Positions 27,110-36,138 of a stretch of DNA of 40,432 bases are shown here, piece by piece. The position numbers and the translations under genes were made by a program. The stretch lies in NCBI GenBank assembly GCA_017554365.1, contig JAFZIM010000049.1, positions 1 through 40,432 of the forward strand, written 5' to 3'. Numbering within the stretch: the stretch's first letter is position 1; every line of letters begins with the position of its first letter. The notes beneath the pieces were generated by a model. That model had not been told where the DNA came from. It saw only the letters and a list, made by a program, of their open reading frames with translations, and ran no database searches. This DNA is from Alphaproteobacteria bacterium. Lineage in GTDB: Bacteria; Pseudomonadota; Alphaproteobacteria; Rs-D84.

Positions 27110-27814
27110 TTATTTAGTATAAAATTTCCATAATTTTGCAAACATTTCTTTATCTGTATTTGGTTTTTGCACTATACACATAGAATCCCAATCTATGATA
27201 CTAACTATGTTCAATTTATCATCAAGACGTAAATTACTTGCATTTAAATCACGATGCGCCAACACAGATTTTTTTGTTATAATTTCATGACTTATTTTTC
27301 TTGCCTGAACACATTGTAAAAATCTTTGATTATCAGGTATTTTCATCACAGGTATTTTTTGCAAAGAATCTATAATATCCATAACCTGCTTTTTTATTTT
27401 CTTTTCATTTTTCTTGATTAAATCTTTATCAAAATCACGCATATCTGTACCCGATATTTTTTCTGCTACATACATAGGTATATGTTTAGCCACAAAAATT
27501 TCAGGTATTTGTACTTTCAAATAAGGTCTTATGAAATCAAGTAAAAATTTATAATCGTTCAATCTTTTCACAGGAACAAAACGGAAAATTTTTACATAAT
27601 ATTTGTTATTTACAACACAAGTAAATCTTTTCATACTAATCTGACGAACAAATTTAATATTTTTTACTTTTTCCCCATAAGTACGTTTAACAAATAACGC
27701 TATTGGCACATAGAAAAAGAATACATTTATTTTTCCACGAATATGGCGTCTATTTTCACGTCCTGGAATAAACCAAGACAAAAAAGTTCCGATATAAAAT
27801 GGTATTTTATACAT
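27110..27814 (-). CDS. APH/choline kinase-like phosphotransferase
   Basis: YYVKIFR, EKISG, LAHRDLNASN, IIDWD kinase motifs. Confidence 0.85.
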   Translation of the reverse strand: MYKIPFYIGTFLSWFIPGRENRRHIRGKINVFFFYVPIALFVKRTYGEKVKNIKFVRQISMKRFTCVVNNKYYVKIFRFVPVKRLNDYKFLLDFIRPYLKVQIPEIFVAKHIPMYVAEKISGTDMRDFDKDLIKKNEKKIKKQVMDIIDSLQKIPVMKIPDNQRFLQCVQARKISHEIITKKSVLAHRDLNASNLRLDDKLNIVSIIDWDSMCIVQKPNTDKEMFAKLWKFYTK

Positions 27815-27949
27815 ATTTTACACACCTTATTGATTATATTCCTAAGTATAATTTACAAGATTTCAAAAAACAATATTTTTATATTTTATCTTGCCTTGTA
27901 TTCATTTTTTATCTAGGATTAAAAGCATAAAGAAACCAAAGGTTATTTT

Positions 27950-28876
27950 ATGTATAAATATAGTAAATTACGTCAAATAAGTGCAACTATTGCTGGTATT
28001 TTTGGAAAAAACAGAAAAACAAGACGTCTTAATCGTGATAAAATAAGATATCATGGTTTGATTGCAACCACAGGCCAAACAAGAATACCACGTAAAAAAT
28101 ACGAAGAAAAAATACCTATGGCTTTCTGTTTTGATGCACGTGGTTGTAAAATGGCTGCTGTGACGATGAAATCTGTGTTATTGGCTTCCAAAGACCGCTG
28201 TGATTATGATTTTTATTGTGTTGTAACCGAAGATGTTGGCAAAGAACAAAAAGATATTATCAATAGTGTTATCAAGGGTTCTGGTTCTTCTGTTCATTTC
28301 TTAAAAGGCAATCATGATTTTGATGAATCTTGGCGTGGAACATGGCCTGTGGCTATGTGGTATAGATTAATGTTACCAAAACTTTTGCCAAGCAATGTTC
28401 ACAGAATTATTTATGCTGATATAGATATGGTTTTCTTTAATGATTTAATCGATGTTTATGAATTAGAAATGGGCGATAATGTAATTGCTGCCGTTCCAAC
28501 AAGAACAAATAAATACATAAATTCAGGATTTTTATTGATGGACATAGATAAAATCAGAAAAGAAAAAATTTATGATGAATGGGTAAAATCTTCACGCGAA
28601 CATCAATATAAAAACCCAGACCAAGATGTTTTGAATTATACTTTGATTGGGCGTATTTTATTTTTACCTTTGAAATATAATTTTCAATTATCACATGGTT
28701 CACGTATATTCAAAATATATCCAAAAATTGAACTGGACGAATTAGAACATAATTTGGTTTGTCTGCATTATTCAGATTATATGAAACCTTGGGCCAAGAA
28801 AGGCGAAAGACCTGTATTTTCTGAATATTGGTGGAAAATCGCGAACCAGACAGGTTTATACAAAGACCAAGATTAA
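27950..28876 (+). CDS. Glycosyltransferase family 8
   Basis: YRLMLP.LLP, IYADID (DxD), YINSGFLL, DQDVLN, HYS...KPW. Confidence 0.94.
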   Translation: MYKYSKLRQISATIAGIFGKNRKTRRLNRDKIRYHGLIATTGQTRIPRKKYEEKIPMAFCFDARGCKMAAVTMKSVLLASKDRCDYDFYCVVTEDVGKEQKDIINSVIKGSGSSVHFLKGNHDFDESWRGTWPVAMWYRLMLPKLLPSNVHRIIYADIDMVFFNDLIDVYELEMGDNVIAAVPTRTNKYINSGFLLMDIDKIRKEKIYDEWVKSSREHQYKNPDQDVLNYTLIGRILFLPLKYNFQLSHGSRIFKIYPKIELDELEHNLVCLHYSDYMKPWAKKGERPVFSEYWWKIANQTGLYKDQD

Positions 28877-28880
28877 TATA

Positions 28881-29429
28881 TTATTGTTTTTCTTTTATAT
28901 AAATCAAAGAATCACATTTACCAACACATTTTGCGTATGATGCCATCGGTAAACGTTGATTTAATTTATATCCATTATTTGTGGCTAATTTTTCAGATTT
29001 TGTATTTCCATTATCTATATCTAAAACGATTTTATTAAATCCAAAATTAAATAATTCGTTTTCAAGGTTAGATAATGCTTCACTCATATATCCAAAACCA
29101 TTTGCGGACTGAATTAACCAATAACCTATTTCACAAGAATTATTTTTGATATTGAAAAAACGAATTCTGCCAATTAATTCATCATTTTGATAAATACCAA
29201 ATAACATACCTTCATTTTTTTCAAATTGATGTTGTCTATGTTCTAATTTTTTTATTATATCTTCAACACTATGCAATTCACCAAAATGCCCCTGCCACGC
29301 TTCCAAATAATCACGATTAGCATTTATAATATCTAATAAGATTTGTGCATTTTGCTGTGTTATATCAATCGTTTTTAATATTAAACGTTTAGTTTTTATA
29401 ATCTTTGGAAAATTTGATAAGGATTTCAT
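28881..29429 (-). CDS. GNAT acetyltransferase, RimJ/RimL type
   Basis: IKTKRLILK, EIGYWL...GFGYMSEAL, N..S..LA...GY. Confidence 0.92.
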   Translation of the reverse strand: MKSLSNFPKIIKTKRLILKTIDITQQNAQILLDIINANRDYLEAWQGHFGELHSVEDIIKKLEHRQHQFEKNEGMLFGIYQNDELIGRIRFFNIKNNSCEIGYWLIQSANGFGYMSEALSNLENELFNFGFNKIVLDIDNGNTKSEKLATNNGYKLNQRLPMASYAKCVGKCDSLIYIKEKQ

Positions 29430-29810
29430 TTATTTTTCCATTATATTAAGAACAGGTAATTTCTTATATTCTTCCATATCATTTATATATGTATATGTGC
29501 CAATCTTTCTATAACATTCATCTTGGTTTAATTTTATTGTATCACCGCGGTTGGTTTTTGATTTATTTTTATCATCAAGAGCAATTAAATACACAATAAA
29601 ATTATAATCTATACCATTTGTTGCAAGAACTATGCCTTTGCTAAAAGGTGCAACCACACGCATTTCAGAAATATCAGATAAACACTCACTTGGTTTTTCA
29701 AAAGGTATAAAACCAATATCATTACTTGTATGATTTTTATGCGTGATAAACATAAAATAAGCAGCAAATCCCAAACATAAACCTATTGTAAAAAACAATA
29801 TTTTTTTCAT
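29430..29810 (-). CDS. Hypothetical exported or membrane-anchored beta-rich protein
   Basis: N-terminal hydrophobic helix, GGGG SD, Cys pair, abuts the GNAT gene. Confidence 0.75.
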   Translation of the reverse strand: MKKILFFTIGLCLGFAAYFMFITHKNHTSNDIGFIPFEKPSECLSDISEMRVVAPFSKGIVLATNGIDYNFIVYLIALDDKNKSKTNRGDTIKLNQDECYRKIGTYTYINDMEEYKKLPVLNIMEK

Positions 29811-29870
29811 ATTTCGCCCCCATATATTTTATTTTATAAGATACCGCAAATTTTATAAAAATCAACCAAG

Positions 29871-29899
29871 AATAAAACCGCCATTTTGGCGGTTTTATT
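29871..29899. terminator. Intrinsic terminator
   Basis: AATAAAACCGCC-ATTTT-GGCGGTTTTATT perfect 12-bp stem. Confidence 0.88.
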
Positions 29900-30262
29900 A
29901 TTTTATATTTCCATTATTCATTAATTGATTAATATCTATTTTGAAATTAAGCATTATGTATCTTGATTCTGCTTCCAAACGTTGTTTAATTTCAGCCAAT
30001 CTTTTTTCGAATTTTTGTACTTTGCTTATATTTACAACACTTTTTGTTTTTTCATTTTTCAACCACATACTTATATTCTTAAAAGATTCTATTAACCCCT
30101 TAATACCATCATATTTACCCGCTTCCCAATGCGGAGTTTCAACATAAGGTTCTTGATTAGGGTATATCTTGGCATAATTAAATCGTCAGAAAATCTTGAT
30201 ACATCTTGATCTTCACGATTATAACCATTAGGTGCTTTTCTAAACGATGTGTAATAAGACAT
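29898..30262 (-). pseudogene. Frameshifted hypothetical gene (about 121 aa if one base is restored)
   Basis: ATG 1 nt after the upstream stop gives only 56 aa, but the -1 frame is open from about 30184 to the TAA at 29898 next to the terminator; span is 365 nt (3n-1). Confidence 0.65.
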
Positions 30263-30263
30263 T

Positions 30264-31094
30264 TTATTTTGCCTTTTGATTTACAAAATTAACAACTATG
30301 TTCATGTTGTGATTACATAATTCATAAACATCTTGCAAATCTATATTGCCATTATCGTTTGGTTCTGAATATTCATCTAATTGTTCGTCTTCTGCTGCCC
30401 AAGCATTTTCTATTGCTTTTGCAGTTTCTATTTTTTTGACGAAACGATTTTCTTTGATTCTTAATTGTTTAAAATATTCATCAGCAGATTTTTTTAATTC
30501 TTTTTCTTCTGCTTTTTCCTGCATCAAATAAGAATATCTGGTGCTAAATACAATATTAGTATTAAATGCAACATCGCTATCAAATGTACCGAATAATTCA
30601 GCAAATTCTTTTTCAGCAACAGGTAAATCTGTATTCTTTTTGCTTTCCATTTCATATTCAGAAACCAATTTTTGCAAATTAGATTCTTTGTTATCTGGCA
30701 ATTCATATTGATAATTTTGTAAAACAGATTTGCAATTATACGCATTCATTCTTGCCTTGAAACGTTTTTGTTTTCTGGCTTTATGATTATCATGTTTATT
30801 TTTTACTTTTCCTATTTTTAACAATCCCCACCTTAATAATGCAGGTTTTATATTTAATTTTTCAATTGCAATTGGTTCGATTTCTTTTTGTTTATTATTT
30901 TCAATATCACGTTCTAATAATTCCCCAAGTATAATCACAGGTTGAGGTTCTTTTACAATCTTGGTAGTATTATCACGAATTTTATTAACCTTTTTTGCAC
31001 CTGTTAATTTTGATGTATTAACAAATGTTTTATAATTGATATCTTTATAAGATTTGAATAATTTGTTTTCTAAAACAGGACAAACAATCTTCAT
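30264..31094 (-). CDS. Hypothetical protein (basic N-half, acidic helical C-half)
   Basis: 276-aa ORF, AAGGA SD, TTGACG-17-CATATT promoter candidate. Confidence 0.75.
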   Translation of the reverse strand: MKIVCPVLENKLFKSYKDINYKTFVNTSKLTGAKKVNKIRDNTTKIVKEPQPVIILGELLERDIENNKQKEIEPIAIEKLNIKPALLRWGLLKIGKVKNKHDNHKARKQKRFKARMNAYNCKSVLQNYQYELPDNKESNLQKLVSEYEMESKKNTDLPVAEKEFAELFGTFDSDVAFNTNIVFSTRYSYLMQEKAEEKELKKSADEYFKQLRIKENRFVKKIETAKAIENAWAAEDEQLDEYSEPNDNGNIDLQDVYELCNHNMNIVVNFVNQKAK

Positions 31095-31166
31095 ATTTTT
31101 TCCTTTTTTTGTTAGCGTAAGGAAAAATATGGCACAAAATTTTTATATCGTCAATAAAAATATTTA

Positions 31167-34100
31167 TTATTGGGAAGCCCTATCACCAGCACGGATTCCA
31201 GCCATAATACCGATTAAATCATGACCGAACGTTGAAAAATCTGTTGTTGCAGTTGTCGCAGTTGGTGTGACTGATGTGACATGTGTTGTTGGTGGAACAC
31301 TTGTTCCAGATGGCATCGGCAAAGCCCTTGCCATGTTATCAACGTTATTTGTGACACCTGTTGTAAGTGTTTCAACCTTTGGTAAACTGCCTAACAAATC
31401 GTGTTCCGCATTAATATCAGCCATTATACCCTTTAATTGATTACGTAATATATCATCAGCCCCGGCTTTGTCTTCATGGAATTTCTTTGCCAAATCATAC
31501 CAACGTTTCTTAATTTCAGCGTCTGTTGCATTTGGCCCTAATCCCCATTTTTGTAATATTTCCGCACGTGTTGATGCAGGTTGACCAATTCTATATGTAC
31601 TATCCAAATCCCCAACATTGCGGGCAGCATTTGTTGCAGCACGTGCAGCATCGCTTGTAGCATCAGCAGCCCTTTCAGCATTTCTTGCAGCATCAGATGC
31701 TGTATTCGCAACATCGTCAACATGTGCAGGTAATGCCAATTGTGGTTTTGCAACATCATCAACTTTGCTACCAGCACCAGAAAGCATTTGCCCCAGCCTG
31801 TTATAACCTGCTTCTTGAGAAATAAATCTATTACCACCTTCGGCACTGATATCCATATATCTGACGGAACCATTACTTAATTCAATTTCTCTTAACCCGT
31901 ACTTTGACATTTCTTCATTCCAAGAAGATGGCAATCTATTCCAAACTTGGGTTTCTGATAATTCTTTACCTGTTTTCATATCAGTATAAACAACTTTGCC
32001 ATTAACAATGCTTTCTCTGACACCTACTTCCGCTAATGTTTCTGAACCATCGGCAGCCCTTACAACACTTGTTGTTGTACTTGGTGTTGGTAATGCCAAT
32101 TGTGGTTTAGCAACATCATCAACCTTTGATAAAGCATTTGCGACATTATCTGCTTTATCCGCAGTTCTTACCGCAGTTGTAGCCGTTGTTTCAGTAGCAC
32201 GAACAGCAGAAGCACCTGCGTTGACTGCGTTATCAACTTTGTTATATGTCACACCCATATCAGCCAATTGTTGTGTTATCATATCAACCTTGGCTTGTCT
32301 TGAAACCATTTCTGCCTTGCTTACCTGACCCGCATGTTCAGTAGCCCAATTCAAACTTTGTTGTGCTTTATATAAATCGGCTTCTACTGCAGCAATTTGT
32401 TCTTGTCTCATAACGGCCTTGCCTGCCATTTCTATATTTTCACCAGAACCAATAGTGCCAGCATATCTGTTATATATTTGATTACGTAATTGATGGTCTG
32501 CCTTTGCCATTTCTCGTTCATGTTTCGTTGCAGTACCTGCTGCACGTTTTGCTTCACGTTCAGCAATATCTTGTAAATGTTTAGCATCTGCACGCGACAT
32601 AGAACCAGCAGTTAATGCTTTTGTTTCGGCTGGGGCTGGCAATGCCTTTAACACATCATCTGCAGCGGCTGGCAATGCCAATCTTGCAGCATCATCACCT
32701 GCGCCAATTGCCAATTTTGCAGTATCATCACCCGCACCAATTGCTAATTTTGCTGCATCGTCAGCATGTGCTGGCAACGCCTTCATCGTGGTTGCAGCAG
32801 GTAATGCCTTTTGCATCTTTGTTGTGACCACAGCAGTAGTTTTTGCAAGACGTGGTACTTTACCCAAAATCCATTTACCAATACTTGTGAACAATGATGC
32901 CATCTGCATTGTCACACCAATTGCACGCCATACCTGTTCAGGTTCCCAAGAACCAGCAGCAAACATAGAAAGTTGTGAATCTTCCAATTTAGTAAGGTTA
33001 AATACTTCTGAATTATCTGGAATCAATTCATACAAACGTGCCATTTCACTATCTATCGCATTAACTTCTGCGGCTGCAAAATCATTTTGCAAATTTGCTA
33101 ATCTTTGGAAATTATTTTTAATCATGCTTTCTGCACAACTAGCATCTTTACATTTATTACTTGCATTCAAGAAATCAACTGCGGCTTGTTGAATCTTTGC
33201 TGTTGCAACAGTTTCTACCCCGGCACCAACAACTTCAACCACCAATAATGCAGCGCCAACACCAGCAGCACCACCAGTTGCAACCGTCACAGCAGCAGCA
33301 CCAACCGCAACAACAACGATTGTTCCAACTTTGATACCTTGTTCAAGGTTTCTTGCAGCAGCACCCGCAGGCAATACACATTGTTCCAAATTAGCGTCCC
33401 AATGTGCAGATTGACATTCTGGGCAACTCTTTTTATCTTGGGCAGCAACGGCCTGACATACCTGTTCGGTAAGTCCCAAACAACCCTTGCCTGAATAAGT
33501 ACCACCATTAACAATACAATTGATTGCTTGTTTACCTGCCTTTTGATATGTTTTCCACATTTCAGAATTATCATCAAATACGAAATCGATTGGTTGGTCG
33601 TTCAAATAACAACGTAAAATATCATCTGTTTCAATATTTCCGTTCTTGATTTTTCCAACACCTTTATCACAAGTGAAAGATTTGATTTCAAATTTACCAG
33701 TACTTTGGATATATTGACGCAATTTACGGATAAGGTCTTGATTACCCTGAATTTGAATACCATGATAGAATATATAGTTATCAATACCTTCTATTTTTGC
33801 CAATTTATCCCCATCGTTTTTACCAAGACGTCTGTCGTCTAATACGCAAATCGTCATATTTTTATAATAATTCGGTACATAGAAATCTTTTTGGTTTGGT
33901 GTCAGACCAAATTTCTTAGCGGTCTTTTTCAATGCATCGGTACATTCACCCATACAAGCGTCCATATAAATATTACCATTTATATCAAGGGCTGTTGCAC
34001 CATGTAATTTACATACAGCAGTTGTTAAATCGCTTTGAATTCTGCCGTCCACAGATTCAACCACATCATCAAATTGGAATTCAAAGAATGTCTTTTTATC

Positions 34101-35078
34101 ATCAGTTGTACATTGAACCCAATCGTCATTAGATGCCTTACGATATTTATCAGAACAATGAACCACTTTGTTATATTTAAGCAATGCATATTCAGCAGCC
34201 AATCCAGTTGCCTGAATCATACCAACATTAGTCCAATTAAATACATCTTTGATACAATGTTCTTCGCCACCTGTCTTGCCCTTGTCAGCACCACAAACTG
34301 CTTTATAAGGCAAAGATTCTATACGTTGTTGTCTTACTGTATCTACTTCGTCATAGGTTGCATTACATAAACATTTATTTTCTTTTTTGAACCAGATAGA
34401 TGTATTTGCTTTACAGCCCAATTTATCACCCATTTGACCACAGAAAGCAAAACATTTTTCTCTTGAATTATTAGATTCATTTCCATCGTATTCTTTACGC
34501 AAACAATTTCCATTACCATCAGCGACTTCTGTATGACATGCGCCACCTTTGATATAAAATCCAGGATTACATGCATAAGCCAAACAAGTACAATTATAAC
34601 CTTTCTTAAATACAACCTCACCTGCATAAATGTTTGTTGATTTACATGTATCGCCTATTCTTGTTTTATCAGTAATTGTTTGTAAATTATTTGGATTTTT
34701 TCCGTTTGCATCAAGGCCAGGACAAAAACCACCCATAATTCCAGAATCTGCTTCTATTTGTGCATTTTCAAGCATTGTCGTAATGAAAGCACGACATTTA
34801 TCATAACCATCTTGTTTATATGTATTAAAACCTGCAACACGACAAAGATTAAATAAATCTTCAATAGATACATTACCAGTTGCCTGGTCCATAGTTTTTA
34901 CATATTCTTGGGCAACAGCAATTTGTTTATCTTCGTCTTGGATATGTGCGATAATACTTTGACCGATATTGTCAGATGAAAAGAAATATTTTTTTTCTTT
35001 TCCAATATAATCTTCAGCCAATCCGGAACTGATTGTTGTGAATAATAATAACAAAGATATCAACCAATGTTTAATCAT
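31167..35078 (-). CDS. Large secreted multidomain protein: Cys-rich N-half, hydrophobic hairpin, Ala/Asp repeats, C-terminal J-like domain
   Basis: Signal peptide MIKHWLISLLLLFTTISSGLA; many Cys; GTIVVVAVGAAAVTVATGGAAGVGAALLVVEVVGAG; GLGPNATDAEIKKRWYDLAKKFHEDK. Confidence 0.88.
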   Translation of the reverse strand: MIKHWLISLLLLFTTISSGLAEDYIGKEKKYFFSSDNIGQSIIAHIQDEDKQIAVAQEYVKTMDQATGNVSIEDLFNLCRVAGFNTYKQDGYDKCRAFITTMLENAQIEADSGIMGGFCPGLDANGKNPNNLQTITDKTRIGDTCKSTNIYAGEVVFKKGYNCTCLAYACNPGFYIKGGACHTEVADGNGNCLRKEYDGNESNNSREKCFAFCGQMGDKLGCKANTSIWFKKENKCLCNATYDEVDTVRQQRIESLPYKAVCGADKGKTGGEEHCIKDVFNWTNVGMIQATGLAAEYALLKYNKVVHCSDKYRKASNDDWVQCTTDDKKTFFEFQFDDVVESVDGRIQSDLTTAVCKLHGATALDINGNIYMDACMGECTDALKKTAKKFGLTPNQKDFYVPNYYKNMTICVLDDRRLGKNDGDKLAKIEGIDNYIFYHGIQIQGNQDLIRKLRQYIQSTGKFEIKSFTCDKGVGKIKNGNIETDDILRCYLNDQPIDFVFDDNSEMWKTYQKAGKQAINCIVNGGTYSGKGCLGLTEQVCQAVAAQDKKSCPECQSAHWDANLEQCVLPAGAAARNLEQGIKVGTIVVVAVGAAAVTVATGGAAGVGAALLVVEVVGAGVETVATAKIQQAAVDFLNASNKCKDASCAESMIKNNFQRLANLQNDFAAAEVNAIDSEMARLYELIPDNSEVFNLTKLEDSQLSMFAAGSWEPEQVWRAIGVTMQMASLFTSIGKWILGKVPRLAKTTAVVTTKMQKALPAATTMKALPAHADDAAKLAIGAGDDTAKLAIGAGDDAARLALPAAADDVLKALPAPAETKALTAGSMSRADAKHLQDIAEREAKRAAGTATKHEREMAKADHQLRNQIYNRYAGTIGSGENIEMAGKAVMRQEQIAAVEADLYKAQQSLNWATEHAGQVSKAEMVSRQAKVDMITQQLADMGVTYNKVDNAVNAGASAVRATETTATTAVRTADKADNVANALSKVDDVAKPQLALPTPSTTTSVVRAADGSETLAEVGVRESIVNGKVVYTDMKTGKELSETQVWNRLPSSWNEEMSKYGLREIELSNGSVRYMDISAEGGNRFISQEAGYNRLGQMLSGAGSKVDDVAKPQLALPAHVDDVANTASDAARNAERAADATSDAARAATNAARNVGDLDSTYRIGQPASTRAEILQKWGLGPNATDAEIKKRWYDLAKKFHEDKAGADDILRNQLKGIMADINAEHDLLGSLPKVETLTTGVTNNVDNMARALPMPSGTSVPPTTHVTSVTPTATTATTDFSTFGHDLIGIMAGIRAGDRASQ
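31729..32123 (-). repeat. 35-bp direct repeat pair (VDDVAKPQLALP), 360 bp apart
   Basis: ggtaatgccaattgtggttt(t/a)gcaacatcatcaac at 31729-31763 and 32089-32123. Confidence 0.9.
32615..32820 (-). repeat. Tandem 33-bp (11-aa) coding repeats
   Basis: ALPAHADDAAK-LAIGAGDDTAK-LAIGAGDDAAR-LALPAAADDVLK-ALPAP. Confidence 0.85.
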
Positions 35079-36022
35079 CCACGTAATGCCTTTTCACATT
35101 GTTGGGCTGCTTCGGCCGCTTTCTTAATTGCACTAATTTGTGTTGCGTTAAATATCAAAGCACTTGCTGATGCAGCAGTTGCCCCCACAGACAAAACATT
35201 TGCTGTTGTATTTAAATTCTTTTCTTTTGCTTTACCTGAATCTGAATCATCATCACGAATTTTATCAGAATTTGCGATACCACTGGTTATAGTACCAGCA
35301 GCACCAAGACCCGCACCAACAATAGAAGATATTTGTGCGCCTTTGGCACGAATGTTTATTTTTGACACATCAACCGTATCCCAAGACATACATGCTGATT
35401 TAATACCCTGGGCTTCATTGACATCTTGGCCATTCATTTTTGCCTGTAATATAGAATTATTTAATTCAGATATAGATGCACGACATTCATCAATTAAAAC
35501 CTGAACATCAGAACCATTGTTTTTGCCTGCTATAATCGCACCAGCAATATTTGTAACCGTATTACCAGCCAACAAACCAGTACGCCAATTACCAAGATTC
35601 TTTGATTGTTTTGTTAATTTTTGAATTTCTGTTTGATATTCTTCTGCACGTTTTTCATCTTTGTTTGCATTGAAATAAGAATCAGACGCACTTAAAACTT
35701 CTGCTTTATTAGGCACAGAAAAATCTGTTTTTGTGCTTTCTATTTCTTTTATTCTTTGTAATTCTTTTTCAAGTGCAGCAATTTTTTTATCTTTTGATGC
35801 CTTTACAAAACCTGTAACCGTAGCACCAACCCCAAGACCAGTACCAACCGCTGTGACAGCAGTATTTATGCCGGCCAATTTTTTCATTTCACCCAATGCT
35901 TCATCAATTCCGACACAGGAATTATAAGCATTTTGCAAGGCAGAATTCAAATCAAGCAATTCAGCATGTGCCAAATTGCTTACCATAACCAATGGCAAAA
36001 ATAATTTAAATACTCCCTTCAT
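35075..36022 (-). CDS. Secreted helical protein with several glycine-zipper hydrophobic helices
   Basis: Signal peptide MKGVFKLFLPLVMVSNLAHA; TAVGTGLGVGATVTG, GLLAGNTVTNIAGAIIAG, IVGAGLGAAGTITSG; ATGA overlap with the downstream gene. Start at 36022 follows TTGAAT-17-TATAAT. Confidence 0.85.
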   Translation of the reverse strand: MKGVFKLFLPLVMVSNLAHAELLDLNSALQNAYNSCVGIDEALGEMKKLAGINTAVTAVGTGLGVGATVTGFVKASKDKKIAALEKELQRIKEIESTKTDFSVPNKAEVLSASDSYFNANKDEKRAEEYQTEIQKLTKQSKNLGNWRTGLLAGNTVTNIAGAIIAGKNNGSDVQVLIDECRASISELNNSILQAKMNGQDVNEAQGIKSACMSWDTVDVSKINIRAKGAQISSIVGAGLGAAGTITSGIANSDKIRDDDSDSGKAKEKNLNTTANVLSVGATAASASALIFNATQISAIKKAAEAAQQCEKALRG

Positions 36023-36138
36023 AATCAGGAATATTATACCATTTTTTAAACCTTGATTCAAGACCCTAAAAAAGCATTTTTTTCTTGAATAAAACAGGAT
36101 TTTTTGTTTATCATTCCCGAAGAAAAAAGGAAGTAAAT

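Noticed and set aside
27110-27814. Aminoglycoside resistance gene call
   Set aside because: Only generic kinase motifs are present; the context beside GT8 favours another substrate.
4840-31094. Basic C-terminal tails on several orphans (..DKIR, ..NMGR, ..NQKAK) as type IV secretion signals
   Set aside because: Lys/Arg-rich ends are common in AT-rich genomes, and no secretion system is visible in the window.
31092-31131. Inverted repeat pairing the SD and AUG of the 276-aa orphan with upstream sequence
   Set aside because: The 5' arm coincides with the predicted -10 box, so it is mostly untranscribed, and it is low-complexity A/T. An operator role cannot be excluded.
31600-32820. CRISPR-like or non-coding repeat array
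   Set aside because: The repeats are degenerate, in frame and inside a CDS, with no repeat-spacer periodicity and no cas genes.
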